DNA of 62,317 bases, the filler included, from a bacterium (GTDB lineage Bacteria > UBP15 > UBA6099 > JAJRTR01), in the NCBI GenBank assembly GCA_024278215.1. It is 3 parts of 3 records of this genome, joined end to end, with 100 filler letters (N's around TTAATTAATTAA, not from the genome) between each part and the next. Parts side by side here need not be neighbours in the genome. Positions count along the whole stretch, not along the records: positions 25,683 to 56,763 come from JAJRTR010000012.1; 2 more parts are not named here. The stretch is one strand, 5' to 3'. How positions within the stretch are numbered: the first letter of the stretch is position 1; each line of letters starts with the position of its first letter. The translations under genes and the position numbers were made by a program. Below the pieces are notes generated by a model. The model saw only the letters and a program-made list of their open reading frames with translations. It was not told the origin of the DNA and did not search any database. Shown here in pieces: positions 29,089 to 38,769 of the stretch.

Positions 29089-30486
29089 ATGGCAAAGAAG
29101 AAAGGCGAGATTGAATTCAAAAAGGAGTTCTATCGCAACCTTGGTGTGAGCGACGAAAAGATTTTCTCCAACATAGAAATGGGTATCGAGCTTTACCTGG
29201 GGAAACACGACCGCAAGTCGCGACTGACAGATGCGGCGACACATTTCGAACGGTCGATGGGTATCTTCTCGACTTCTTATGTGCGTATGGTGCAGGAGAT
29301 TCTTCGCAGTACCGACAACAACCTGTGCCCCTCGCAATCTTTTTTTATTAACTTCGGCGCGCTGGACCCACGACTTGTGCAGAACCCGAGGGTGATCGAA
29401 GAGCTTCGTTCGGAATCCGTTTCTTCTTTCGACACGGCAAAGTATGAAATGTTTTATCTCACCGAATGGCTGGAGAAAATCGGGCGCGGTCGCATAACGC
29501 TCTCGGCTGATAAGGCAAAAGTGAAGTCGAAATCGACTCTCGAGGAAAAAGGCGAAAAGCTCAAAGAGAAAAAGAATAATTTCCAGGCCGAACTCGATGC
29601 TTTCTGTAAAGAGGAAAATGATATTTACTATGAGTTGAAGGGAATGTTCAAACTTTTTTCTCCGTCCGGCAACCAGGAGGAAAAAATAAAGATTCTTAAA
29701 AAGATAAAAGAGAAAGTGAAAAAGCTTGAGAAGGCTGTCAACGAAGAGAACATTCGTTATGCGGAAATAGATGCGATAGAGAGAAGAGAAAAGGGCGTGT
29801 CGGATAAAATGGACGATTTCGCCGCTGTGCGCATGGACCGTAAATTTACGCGCATTCGCGAAGAGTTCGAGTTTATCACTTCAGCGATGCGCAGTTGCGC
29901 CGCGCGTGGGGGGCTGATGAAGAGCACGCCCGCGCTGATCGACAAATGGATTCCGCTGGATGAGCGGCTGAACATCAACACGAAGCACAATCTCGCCGAG
30001 GCGCTCTCGAGATTCGAGGATATAGACTACACGGTTTTTCACAATAAGAAAGGTGAACGCAAGTCACCGAAGTTCCTGATCCTGCCGGGTGTGGGCACAG
30101 GCATATCGTGGAGTGATCGCATGCTGGTGTCGCTTTTTCCGCCGCCGTCTATGCAGCCGGATATTTCTCTTGCGCGCACTCTCGCCGGTTTCTGGTGGTA
30201 CAAGGCCACGAGTTCTTTCAACTGGAAACATCTCCCCGGCGAACTCGGAAGTATGTACCAGCTGATTTACCCCGACAAGACCTTTGCCAGACTGCAACGT
30301 TCGTTCGAGGATGATTACGTGAACTGGGTAATGAAAGAATCAATGGGCTACCAGGTGATCAGTTCCGATGTACGCCGACTTTTCTGGCAGAAGATACCGT
30401 TCTCGAGGGAACTGAAGCAAAAGTTGTCGAAACGCGCCACCGTTTACATGAAACTCTATTCCGAGGAACTCGCCCACGGTAGTTGA
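29089..30486 (+). CDS. Hypothetical protein with a central coiled coil
   Basis: Long ORF; the upstream extension in the ORF track lies inside repeat A, so ATG 29089 is preferred (ATG 29071 is also possible). Confidence 0.75.
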   Translation: MAKKKGEIEFKKEFYRNLGVSDEKIFSNIEMGIELYLGKHDRKSRLTDAATHFERSMGIFSTSYVRMVQEILRSTDNNLCPSQSFFINFGALDPRLVQNPRVIEELRSESVSSFDTAKYEMFYLTEWLEKIGRGRITLSADKAKVKSKSTLEEKGEKLKEKKNNFQAELDAFCKEENDIYYELKGMFKLFSPSGNQEEKIKILKKIKEKVKKLEKAVNEENIRYAEIDAIERREKGVSDKMDDFAAVRMDRKFTRIREEFEFITSAMRSCAARGGLMKSTPALIDKWIPLDERLNINTKHNLAEALSRFEDIDYTVFHNKKGERKSPKFLILPGVGTGISWSDRMLVSLFPPPSMQPDISLARTLAGFWWYKATSSFNWKHLPGELGSMYQLIYPDKTFARLQRSFEDDYVNWVMKESMGYQVISSDVRRLFWQKIPFSRELKQKLSKRATVYMKLYSEELAHGS

Positions 30487-30553
30487 TGCGTGCTTTTTTA
30501 GTCGAAACGGATTCCCGTTCTGATAGTGTCGTGTCAATGATGAAAAGACCTGT

Positions 30554-30580
30554 CCCGGATTTCTTTGTGAGAACTCCGGG
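30554..30580. repeat. REP-like palindrome, family E (CCGGATTTCTCACAAAGAAATCCGG), reverse copy
   Basis: Matches 35989-36015 and 58341-58363; lies between convergent genes, next to a family C end fragment at 30524-30549. Confidence 0.7.
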
Positions 30581-30619
30581 GGGCAATCTTCCGGGACTCC
30601 CGGAGTACACTCGTTGTGC

Positions 30620-31330
30620 TCACGCACGCTCGACGGGTTTCATGAACCTTATGATGAGCAGGCTTATCTCGAAAAGACAATAGAGCGGGCCTGCGAGGAA
30701 CAACATCGATGCGACATCGGCGGGTGTGAGTATCGCGCCGACTATGAGTCCGATCATAATTGCATATTTGCGGTTTGCCGCCAGCATCCGGTAATTGACT
30801 ATACCGATCTTTGCGAGAATTATCAGCACGATAGGTAGTTCGAAAACGATGGCGAAAGCCAGGATGAATGTCGTACAGAAGCTCACAAATATTGTTAGCG
30901 AATACTCGATTTTCATGTACTCTGTCGCGAATTTGCCCAGGAACTTTAAAGTAAACGGGAGAATGAAAGCGCCGAAAGTGCCGCCAACAAAAAACAGGAT
31001 CGTGCCGAATATCACGGCGGGCAGTGTGAATCGCTTTTCATTTGCATAGAGCCCCGGGGCGACAAACAACCATATCTGAAGAATGATCATGGGTGACGCG
31101 AGCATGACGCCTACCATCAGGGACATCTTCAGTCGTATCATGAAGGGGTCCACCGGGCTCAGCGCCTGCACTACTCCGGCGTGTTGAATCAGGAAGTCCA
31201 GAACGAACGGGCCAATGAACCAGCCGGCACCGCTGCACACGGCAATAGAGACGATTACAATTATTATCCGTGTTCTGAGTTCGTCGAGATGCTCGAAGAG
31301 TGTCATCTCTTTGCGTTCTTCGACTTCCAT
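30620..31330 (-). CDS. tatC: Twin-arginine translocase subunit TatC
   Basis: EMTLFEHLDELRTR, QIWLFVAPGLYANEK, FELP, RKYA...AILTPAD; six TM helices. Confidence 0.96.
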   Translation of the reverse strand: MEVEERKEMTLFEHLDELRTRIIIVIVSIAVCSGAGWFIGPFVLDFLIQHAGVVQALSPVDPFMIRLKMSLMVGVMLASPMIILQIWLFVAPGLYANEKRFTLPAVIFGTILFFVGGTFGAFILPFTLKFLGKFATEYMKIEYSLTIFVSFCTTFILAFAIVFELPIVLIILAKIGIVNYRMLAANRKYAIMIGLIVGAILTPADVASMLFLAGPLYCLFEISLLIIRFMKPVERA

Positions 31331-31338
31331 AGATAATG

Positions 31339-31367
31339 AATCTATCACGCCGGGTTAAGCATGTCAA
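31339..31367 (-). promoter_or_regulatory. Sigma70-type promoter immediately upstream of tatC
   Basis: TTGACA-17 nt-TAGATT, ending 8 nt before ATG 31330. Confidence 0.6.
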
Positions 31368-31469
31368 TTTTATGGGCTGTTATATCGCACAGGAGCCGCC
31401 ATTCGCAGGCGGTGGAATCGGCTCCGCGATACATCACGGGAACGGCTACGAAAAAAGATAGCGCGGCAC

Positions 31470-33581
31470 TCAGAATTCAGTAGAATATCCGAGCTCGAAT
31501 GTTTTCTCTTCGTAGGTGCCGAGCTTGTTCGCTATGTACCTGTATTGCTTGTCGTAATCAATAATTTCGAGTTTTAATTTATCGGCCTTATTCAAGTAAT
31601 AGAGAAATGTGACAGTGTGTTGTTTTTCCAGCGGCGCGCCGGAAAGAACTGCGCCCTCTATGCTTTCCAGTGAATAGACTTTCTTGCCGGTTCTCCTGTA
31701 ATTCAAGTTGGTTATGAATTTGAATGGAATGATATTCAACTGGAGAGAATAGGAGTCTGTGTTCGACTTGCCGTAAGTTACGGACGTACTTTTTCCGGAT
31801 GAATTTTCAGAGTATGACCAGGCGTAGGCCTTGTTGTATGATGTGCTGTAGCTCATGTTGGCAAACGATTTGTATCTTGTCGAGAAGCGCCAGCTTCTTG
31901 TGTCGTTTCTGCCCATATAGTTCTGGCTGGAGCTGGTGCCGTAGACTAGGCGGTCGATATCATATCTCGAGAATGTGTTGATGACAGTGGTGCCGGTGAA
32001 TGCCGATGTGTTGTGGAACCGTTTCGTGGTTGTAAGCATGAAAGTTGTCGATTCGCTCCGCAGCGTATTCGGTATCTGGACTCGTTCCCTGGATTTCGTG
32101 TAATACTTGCTGTAGCGCAGGTTGAAACGCGGGAATATATTGCCGTAGTTCAGGACGGCGGTCGAGATGGATTCCCTGGTTTCATCTGTGATGTTGTCAG
32201 GCAGGTCATGGTGAAGGTTGTCGTGATATTTTTCATAAGATGTTGTCAATGCGATTTTTCTTGAAGGTCTTATGAAAACAACCTTGCCATAGTTGCCTTT
32301 TTTGTCGGGGACGACTCTTCCGAGTACGGTCGGGGTGTAACGAGGCCCGATGCTTTTGTGTTCGCCTCTAAATATAAAGTTACCGGTTCTGTAGTTGATC
32401 CCGGACCTTAAATACAGGTCGGCACCGTTGTCGTATTGTGACGAAGGCGCATCTTCCCTGTGGTTGTCGACTGCTATTTCACTGTCCCATGTTAAGTTTT
32501 TGTCAAGTATATATACTGTGCTGAGGCTGACCAGAGAATCCTGGATGGGATTGTCGGTGGAGCTCGACAGGCTTCTTTCCGTTGATCGCAGTGCGGTTAG
32601 TTTCGCGGATAATTTAGGTGTGAACCGCCTGTCGAGCTTGAACCCGGTGGTGTATCGCTTGTGCCTGCCGTCGTGTGGTTCCTGCGACCTTCCCGTGAAG
32701 AATGTAAAACGGTTGTAGCCTCTTCTATCATATTTCCGGAGTAGATACAGGCCTCTCATCTGCACTCCGAAAATTGTGCTCTCCGAGAAATCCCGTTTCG
32801 ACATCTGGAAATCACCGAAAGTTATGTCATAGTTGCCGCGCGCTATGTAAGGGTCGATATACCTGAACTTGAACCTGTCGTTTGCTCTGCCTGTAAGCTG
32901 TTCCACCGACCTGTCGTAGTGTCCGAGAAGTGTTTTCCCGTAAAACCTGTGTGTAAAATCGAAACTTCCTGTTTTATCTAAACCTTCCTGATACTTGATC
33001 TCGTTTTCGCTCCTGTTTGCCTTATATCTTTCCGCTCCATTGAGCTCGATAAGTTTGACATTTGCCGTATATTTGCCTGTTGTGACAACTTCGTTGGACC
33101 TGACAACCGGTGCTCGTTTTCTTACAGTCGGAGCGATTTTCTTTACCAGTCGGAAAGACCATGCCAGGGGCACTACTGTTTTTCCATTGGTATCCTGGTA
33201 TGTGGCAAGCACATTATGTGTGCCGAAACTCAATGGATTCTGCGGCATATAGAAAATATACTCAAGGCTGACCTGTGTCTCGGTAGTTACCTCGTCGCCG
33301 TCCAGAAAAAGCTTTATTGTAGACATGTCCAGAGGCGGGTCCGGCTTCGGCAGCTTGATGGAAATGTACGGCTGCCTGTCCGTTATTGCTTCGCCGGGCA
33401 ACGGAAAGATAATATTTCCCGATGATGTCCCGACCCCGTCTGTTTGTCCGTTGCCCTGTGCCATGCTGAGCGATCCGCCGATCAACATGCCAGCACAGGT
33501 CACAAATACGATCAATATCGTTTTTATCCTCATAATTATGAAGTTATGCTCCCTTGTTTTCTGTTGAGAATTGTTTATCAC
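31470..33581 (-). CDS. Exported protein with an N-terminal Ig-like domain and a predicted outer-membrane beta-barrel
   Basis: Signal peptide; IKLFLDGDEVT...YMPQNPLSFGTHNV Ig-like module; Tyr/Ser/Thr-rich alternating strands; ends ...LGYSTEF. Confidence 0.65.
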   Translation of the reverse strand: MINNSQQKTREHNFIIMRIKTILIVFVTCAGMLIGGSLSMAQGNGQTDGVGTSSGNIIFPLPGEAITDRQPYISIKLPKPDPPLDMSTIKLFLDGDEVTTETQVSLEYIFYMPQNPLSFGTHNVLATYQDTNGKTVVPLAWSFRLVKKIAPTVRKRAPVVRSNEVVTTGKYTANVKLIELNGAERYKANRSENEIKYQEGLDKTGSFDFTHRFYGKTLLGHYDRSVEQLTGRANDRFKFRYIDPYIARGNYDITFGDFQMSKRDFSESTIFGVQMRGLYLLRKYDRRGYNRFTFFTGRSQEPHDGRHKRYTTGFKLDRRFTPKLSAKLTALRSTERSLSSSTDNPIQDSLVSLSTVYILDKNLTWDSEIAVDNHREDAPSSQYDNGADLYLRSGINYRTGNFIFRGEHKSIGPRYTPTVLGRVVPDKKGNYGKVVFIRPSRKIALTTSYEKYHDNLHHDLPDNITDETRESISTAVLNYGNIFPRFNLRYSKYYTKSRERVQIPNTLRSESTTFMLTTTKRFHNTSAFTGTTVINTFSRYDIDRLVYGTSSSQNYMGRNDTRSWRFSTRYKSFANMSYSTSYNKAYAWSYSENSSGKSTSVTYGKSNTDSYSLQLNIIPFKFITNLNYRRTGKKVYSLESIEGAVLSGAPLEKQHTVTFLYYLNKADKLKLEIIDYDKQYRYIANKLGTYEEKTFELGYSTEF

Positions 33582-33963
33582 AATATACTAATCAAATCAA
33601 TATGTTAATAAATATTTTGCAAATACAATTGCCTTTTACAAAAACGCACAAGTTCAGAACTTATTGAAAGTATTCCCGGTTTTGCGATATTTACGAATAT
33701 ATATTACTGCTGAGTTTGTTTGTATCGCTGAACGCTTTATTCGATAACAATTCTCGCCATCACATATTTCATGTTCTATAAAATATTGAAACGTAATAAT
33801 GAACGGTTGCAATGTATATGCTATAATACACGATTGCAAGTGGTGAATCAATGTGATTTGGGTCACAAAAAAGTGTACATGGGAGTGCTGAAGCACCGGA
33901 ATATGCCGGATACTTGACACTTCCATGAGCACCTGAAGAAAACAAATAAGGGGTAAACAAAGA

Positions 33964-35304
33964 ATGGATTTCAGTGTACTGGAAAAAAACGGTTTGAAAG
34001 ATATGCTGTCGAAAACCGCTGTGGACATTTTTCTGCCGGACGGTATATTTTACTGGAGCGGGCGGGCGAAAAAGGAGGCCGAGATCAACGGCACAATCGG
34101 TTCGGCCAGGGGCAGGACGTCGCATTTTCTCGAGGACGCCGACGACACGGTCAGGACCTTTTATCTGCCTTCGGTGATAGAAGCTCTTCGCAAGCTTGAT
34201 CCCGAACAAATCGCGCCTTATGCCCCCATTGCCGGTGCGCCGGCTTTCAGGAAAGCATGGCGGAAATGGGTTATTAACAAACTTTCGCCACATTACGACT
34301 TCGATGCAGACCTGATTTGCACACCGATAGTTGTGCCGGGAGCAACCCCCGGCATCGCCTACCTGTCGAGGATGTTCCTCTCCCCCGGCGACACGCTGCT
34401 CTGCCACGACAGGCACTGGGAGAACTACGAATTGATGTATGAGGACTGCCAGGGACTGAAGATCGACACAGTGCCGCTTTTCTCGGGCGGTGGCATGGAC
34501 GTCGGCGCATTCGCGGCAAAAGTGAAGTCGATGGCGGCAAGCGGCAACAATGTCGTCACGGTCCTCAATTTCCCCAACAACCCCTCGGGGTATATGCCCA
34601 CTATCAGGGAAGGTGAGGAGTTGCGGAGTGCGCTGGTAAAGGTTGCCGATGAAATCGCGGGAAAGATAATTCTCATATTCGACGACGCTTATGAAGGTTA
34701 TGTTTTCGAGGAAGATGTCGCGCCAGTATCTATTTTCGGACATTTCGTCGGTGCGCACCCGGATATAGTAGCGATCAAGTGCGACGGAGCGACAAAAGAA
34801 TTCCTGCTTTATGGGGGCAGAGTCGCTGCAGTCACCTTCGCGCACCATCCTGACTGGGGCGACAAAGACGCTGTCTTCGCTGCTCTTGAGAACAAGATGA
34901 AAGCATTCATCAGAGGCTCGATATCCAACTGCAACAGGGCGGCCCAGGAAGCAGTGGCGGCGGCTCTCGAGGACGAATATATAGTTGCGCGAGAGAGACA
35001 GACGATAAATGACGTGCTCGCGGACCGCTATCGGGCCTTGAAGACGGCTATCGGAAACGCCGACATGAAGGGCTGCGTGCCGGACCCATTCAATTCGGGA
35101 TTCTTCTGTTCCCTGAATGTTAATGTGCCGGCGGAAGAGCTGGCGGACAAGCTGCTCGGGGAATACCGTGTGGGAGTGATCCCTATTGTCAACAGCAAAC
35201 TTGGGATAAATGCTGTGAGAATCGCTTTCTGCAGTGTTGAAAGTGAGATGATCGAAGAAATGGTGGACAGGATTTCAAAGGCTGTCGCAGATTTTTGGAC
35301 CTAA
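33964..35304 (+). CDS. Class I/II PLP-dependent aminotransferase
   Basis: LNFPNNPSGY, DDAYEG, DGATKE (PLP lysine), VRIAF. Confidence 0.92.
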   Translation: MDFSVLEKNGLKDMLSKTAVDIFLPDGIFYWSGRAKKEAEINGTIGSARGRTSHFLEDADDTVRTFYLPSVIEALRKLDPEQIAPYAPIAGAPAFRKAWRKWVINKLSPHYDFDADLICTPIVVPGATPGIAYLSRMFLSPGDTLLCHDRHWENYELMYEDCQGLKIDTVPLFSGGGMDVGAFAAKVKSMAASGNNVVTVLNFPNNPSGYMPTIREGEELRSALVKVADEIAGKIILIFDDAYEGYVFEEDVAPVSIFGHFVGAHPDIVAIKCDGATKEFLLYGGRVAAVTFAHHPDWGDKDAVFAALENKMKAFIRGSISNCNRAAQEAVAAALEDEYIVARERQTINDVLADRYRALKTAIGNADMKGCVPDPFNSGFFCSLNVNVPAEELADKLLGEYRVGVIPIVNSKLGINAVRIAFCSVESEMIEEMVDRISKAVADFWT

Positions 35305-35472
35305 AGAATTCCTCGGATTTCAGTCCGGGGCTGTTCATGCCTGTGGCTATCCGGTTGCCGGGAACGGAAATGGGGATGCTTCCCATATAAAAAACAATTT
35401 TATTGTGTATTTCCGGCCAAATAACTGAAAAATGCAGGTGACTTCAGCATATTTTGTGATATAATAATCCGC

Positions 35473-35982
35473 ATGAGTTCAAAAAGGAAAAGTAAACAAC
35501 TCAAAGAAATAGAAGCCGCATTTGTAAATCCGTTTCTTTCATCCCTCTATTCCACACTGAATCAGATGGGCGGGATTGATTCTCACAGGCAGGACGTTCA
35601 GCTTGAAAACATCAAGACTTTTGCCGGTGATGTCCTTGTGATAATGAAGGTTGACGGAACTATTACCGGACTGGTTATTGTCAAGCTGGATATAGAAACG
35701 ATGAAAAAACTTGTCTCCAGGTTCCTTTTCGGTGTTCCCATAGTAGAAGTCGATGAGATGGCCGGAAACGCGCTCAAGGAGTTCATCCTGCGTGTTGCGG
35801 AAAAAGCGAAAAAACTGCTCAGCGAAAGAGATTATCACTCGAATGTATCACACGGCATCACGTTTTCAAAACCACTTGATTTCGGGAAAAACCTCGAATT
35901 TATCAAGGTATCATATATTACTGACTGCGGCCCCCTGGAAGTCTACTTCAACATAATGAAAACAACCCTCCTGTCGAAATAA
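35473..35982 (+). CDS. CheX-like protein (divergent)
   Basis: FVNPFLSS...VDGTITGLVIV...VDEMAGNALKEF resembles CheX; the ExxN motif is not intact. Confidence 0.6.
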   Translation: MSSKRKSKQLKEIEAAFVNPFLSSLYSTLNQMGGIDSHRQDVQLENIKTFAGDVLVIMKVDGTITGLVIVKLDIETMKKLVSRFLFGVPIVEVDEMAGNALKEFILRVAEKAKKLLSERDYHSNVSHGITFSKPLDFGKNLEFIKVSYITDCGPLEVYFNIMKTTLLSK

Positions 35983-35988
35983 AACTAA

Positions 35989-36015
35989 CCCGGATTTCTC
36001 ACAAAGAAATCCGGG
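35989..36015. repeat. REP-like palindrome, family E
   Basis: cccggatttct-cacaa-agaaatccggg perfect stem, 6 nt after the stop codon. Confidence 0.75.
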
Positions 36016-36017
36016 GG

Positions 36018-36143
36018 AACTGTTCGCAATGGAACATCTGAAATTCCTGGAATGCAACGACTGTGTCGTTGCAACTGTGAAGAAGTCGCATTTCGCAAAA
36101 ATTGCCGTTTTTACATTCCAGGATTTTCTGACAGTGCCGTTAA
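36018..36143. repeat. 126-bp structured repeat, family D
   Basis: Reverse complement of 50200-50325 with 7 mismatches by my count; nested inverted repeats. Confidence 0.85.
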
Positions 36144-36244
36144 CCCCAATACCGTTTGCTTTAGCAACAATGATGCGTAAAAAACCTGTATTTATCGTGA
36201 ATATTGATACACATACCCTCTTAAGTAAACGGTATTGGGGCTAA
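36140..36244. repeat. MITE-like element, family B, intact copy
   Basis: Inverted termini ttaaccccaataccgttt and aaacggtattggggctaa; homologous to 27630-27913. Confidence 0.8.
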
Positions 36245-36564
36245 GGTAGGTTTTCATCGTTTCTTTTTCCCGTTCCCAGGGTGAACCTTGGGAACGCCGG
36301 AACTGTAAGCTCCAGCTTCCACCAAACTCATTTCATAATTTCTTTCGGGATACAATTATCCTTTAACCATTAACTATAATCGTTGAAGCTGCTTGTTAGA
36401 AGGGAAAAACGCGAGACGCAGGTAACCGCACGATGTGGCGTCACACTGTGCTGTAACCCGCAGCCCCGCGTAATATCTTAATGTGCGGTTATATCAGTTC
36501 GATCATTATGTCACTCAATGTACGCATTGCGCATGAGCGACGGACGATCATCAGCCGATCTCTG

Positions 36565-37497
36565 TTATTCCTCGACAGAGAACTGTACGTCTGCGTTGAT
36601 TGTTATTTCTTCTTTAACATTATCAGTGATCTGGACAGTGGCTTCGCCGCGTTCGTTGCTGATGACTTCAAGAGACTGAGAGCCGTTTTCAACGAATGTC
36701 GCTGATCCGCCGAGCGTAAGAACAAATGTTACAGAACCATTGTAGGACTGTCCGTTTTCCTTGAACTGAACAGTTACCTCGGCTGTTCCACCGGCAGTGA
36801 TGACCGGTGGGTTGATGTTGATGTCGAGATCGTAGCTGGATTCCGAGCCGGCTGATCCGCCGATCCCGTTGGAGAGTGCATCAGACAACTCATCCTGCGG
36901 TATCTGACCGGCTGGTGTCGGTGCGTTCGCACCTTTTTTGACCTGTGTCCTGTGGTTCGATTTGACGATGACCGCCTGTCCGCGATTCTGGTTCTGGGCT
37001 ACTGAAATCTCGCCGTCGAACACGTCGAACGTGCTGTCGGTTGTTTCCTCGACCTCAGTCGAGAAGTATGTTCCGCGCACTCCGGCGACTGCTGTCGGTG
37101 TGCTTACGTTGAATGCGTCACGCTTTCGGTTAAGTTTTTTGACCTTCATCCAGGTCTTTCCGATCTCGACATCCAGATTCGTGTTCTTGCCTTTGAGAGA
37201 TTTTCTCATCTTTTCCATTTTCATGGTGGCAAGCGATGCCAGTTGCGTTATGGAACCATCGTCGAGTTCGATGACGACTTTCGACCTGCCACCTGTTTTG
37301 ACGATATCTCCTTCGTACAACTGCATGCCTACATCGGCATCGATCCATGCTGTGTCGTGCATTCTCTGCACTTTGACATTTCCTTTGAAACTCTGGATCG
37401 CTGCAACTCTTACGTTGAGTGCCATGATGTAGCTGACCATCATAACCGGCAATGCCATCATAACCGCTATTACAATAAACTTGATTTTCACTTTCAT
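36565..37497 (-). CDS. FecR-domain protein with a C-terminal Ig-like domain
   Basis: LYEGDIVKTG...DGS; FNVSTPTAVAGVRGTYF; VFDGEISV; beta-rich C-terminus. Confidence 0.85.
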   Translation of the reverse strand: MKVKIKFIVIAVMMALPVMMVSYIMALNVRVAAIQSFKGNVKVQRMHDTAWIDADVGMQLYEGDIVKTGGRSKVVIELDDGSITQLASLATMKMEKMRKSLKGKNTNLDVEIGKTWMKVKKLNRKRDAFNVSTPTAVAGVRGTYFSTEVEETTDSTFDVFDGEISVAQNQNRGQAVIVKSNHRTQVKKGANAPTPAGQIPQDELSDALSNGIGGSAGSESSYDLDININPPVITAGGTAEVTVQFKENGQSYNGSVTFVLTLGGSATFVENGSQSLEVISNERGEATVQITDNVKEEITINADVQFSVEE

Positions 37498-37998
37498 TGT
37501 AAACCTCCGTTTTCGATTTTCAGACTCTTTTACACATATTTACATTCTATATTAAGTTTATGGCACATGTAAACTATTTTACTATATTATATTGTGCTGT
37601 TAACTTTCGGCTCTCTCACATTACCCCTGCCGGGGACAATTTAAACATAATTTACAGAAATTGCAAAGAATTACATATAAAGCTTGTTCCGGTTACATTG
37701 TGTCCGAGTGTTAACAGAAAGGTTATTTTTCACCTCCCATATTATTACAATACGCATTTATAACACAGGTTCCACGTAATTTACAAGCATTTGTTTTGTG
37801 ATGAATGTCACAATAATATGAGAATAATGTTGGGGGCGGGAGATGAATCGTGTGCCTGTCTACGGTTCGAGGCCGGTTTGCCCGGGAAATGGGCGTAGAG
37901 GCGGACGTATCACTGCGCGGCGATCTGCTGTATGCTACAATATGACTTCATTATTACGACAGTCGCAATATGGAGAATGAGAATCGGCAGAACTTGAG

Positions 37999-38757
37999 AT
38001 GATGAACGGTATAGGAATCATAGTTGCGGGTTTCGTGATAACGCTTGTCAGCGGTATCACGCAAGGGCTCACAGGTTTCGGTTATTCTCTGGTGTTTGTA
38101 TCATTCATGGTGATTTTTCTTCCGCCGAAAATCGTTGTTCCGGTGGTCACAATTCATGCCGCGCTGATCAATGTCATGATAATATACGGTGCGAGGCGGT
38201 GGATCGAACTTCGGCGTGTGTGGCCGCTGATGCTCGCGGGTGTCTGCGGGATGCCGCTTGGGACATATCTGCTCATTTCCCTGTCGGCGCAAACGCTCAA
38301 GCCCGTCATCGGAGTGATTATCATTCTGTTTGCCGTGGCATTTCTGTCCGGGTTCGAGCATAAGTTGAGGAAGGAGACAGCAGCATCGATTTTCGTCGGT
38401 TTCCTGAGCGGAATGCTGAATGCCGGAACGGGCATGAGCGGCCCGCCTGTGATACTTTTTTTCACAAATCAAGGCGTGTCCAAAGATGTGTTTCGCGCAA
38501 ATCTTGCCGCATATTTTATGTTTGTTAATCTCTCGACGCTCCTTTTTTTTCTGTATAAAGGGCTTGTCACGGCTGACGTGGCGCGATATTCCGCCATGCT
38601 GCTTCCGGGTCTTGTTATCGGTGCGGTCGGAGGCATCAGGCTTTCTGCGGCAGTGGATGAAAACATCTTTAAAAAGATTGCTTTGCTGATTGTCATTATG
38701 GCAGGTATTATGTCCGTCGCGCCGCGTGCTTACGATCTTATGAAAAGCCTGTTGTGA
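37999..38757 (+). CDS. TauE/SafE-family (sulfite exporter) membrane protein
   Basis: QGLTGFG and GMSGPP repeat motifs; about eight TM helices. Confidence 0.9.
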   Translation: MMNGIGIIVAGFVITLVSGITQGLTGFGYSLVFVSFMVIFLPPKIVVPVVTIHAALINVMIIYGARRWIELRRVWPLMLAGVCGMPLGTYLLISLSAQTLKPVIGVIIILFAVAFLSGFEHKLRKETAASIFVGFLSGMLNAGTGMSGPPVILFFTNQGVSKDVFRANLAAYFMFVNLSTLLFFLYKGLVTADVARYSAMLLPGLVIGAVGGIRLSAAVDENIFKKIALLIVIMAGIMSVAPRAYDLMKSLL

Positions 38758-38769
38758 GGAGGATGCTCT

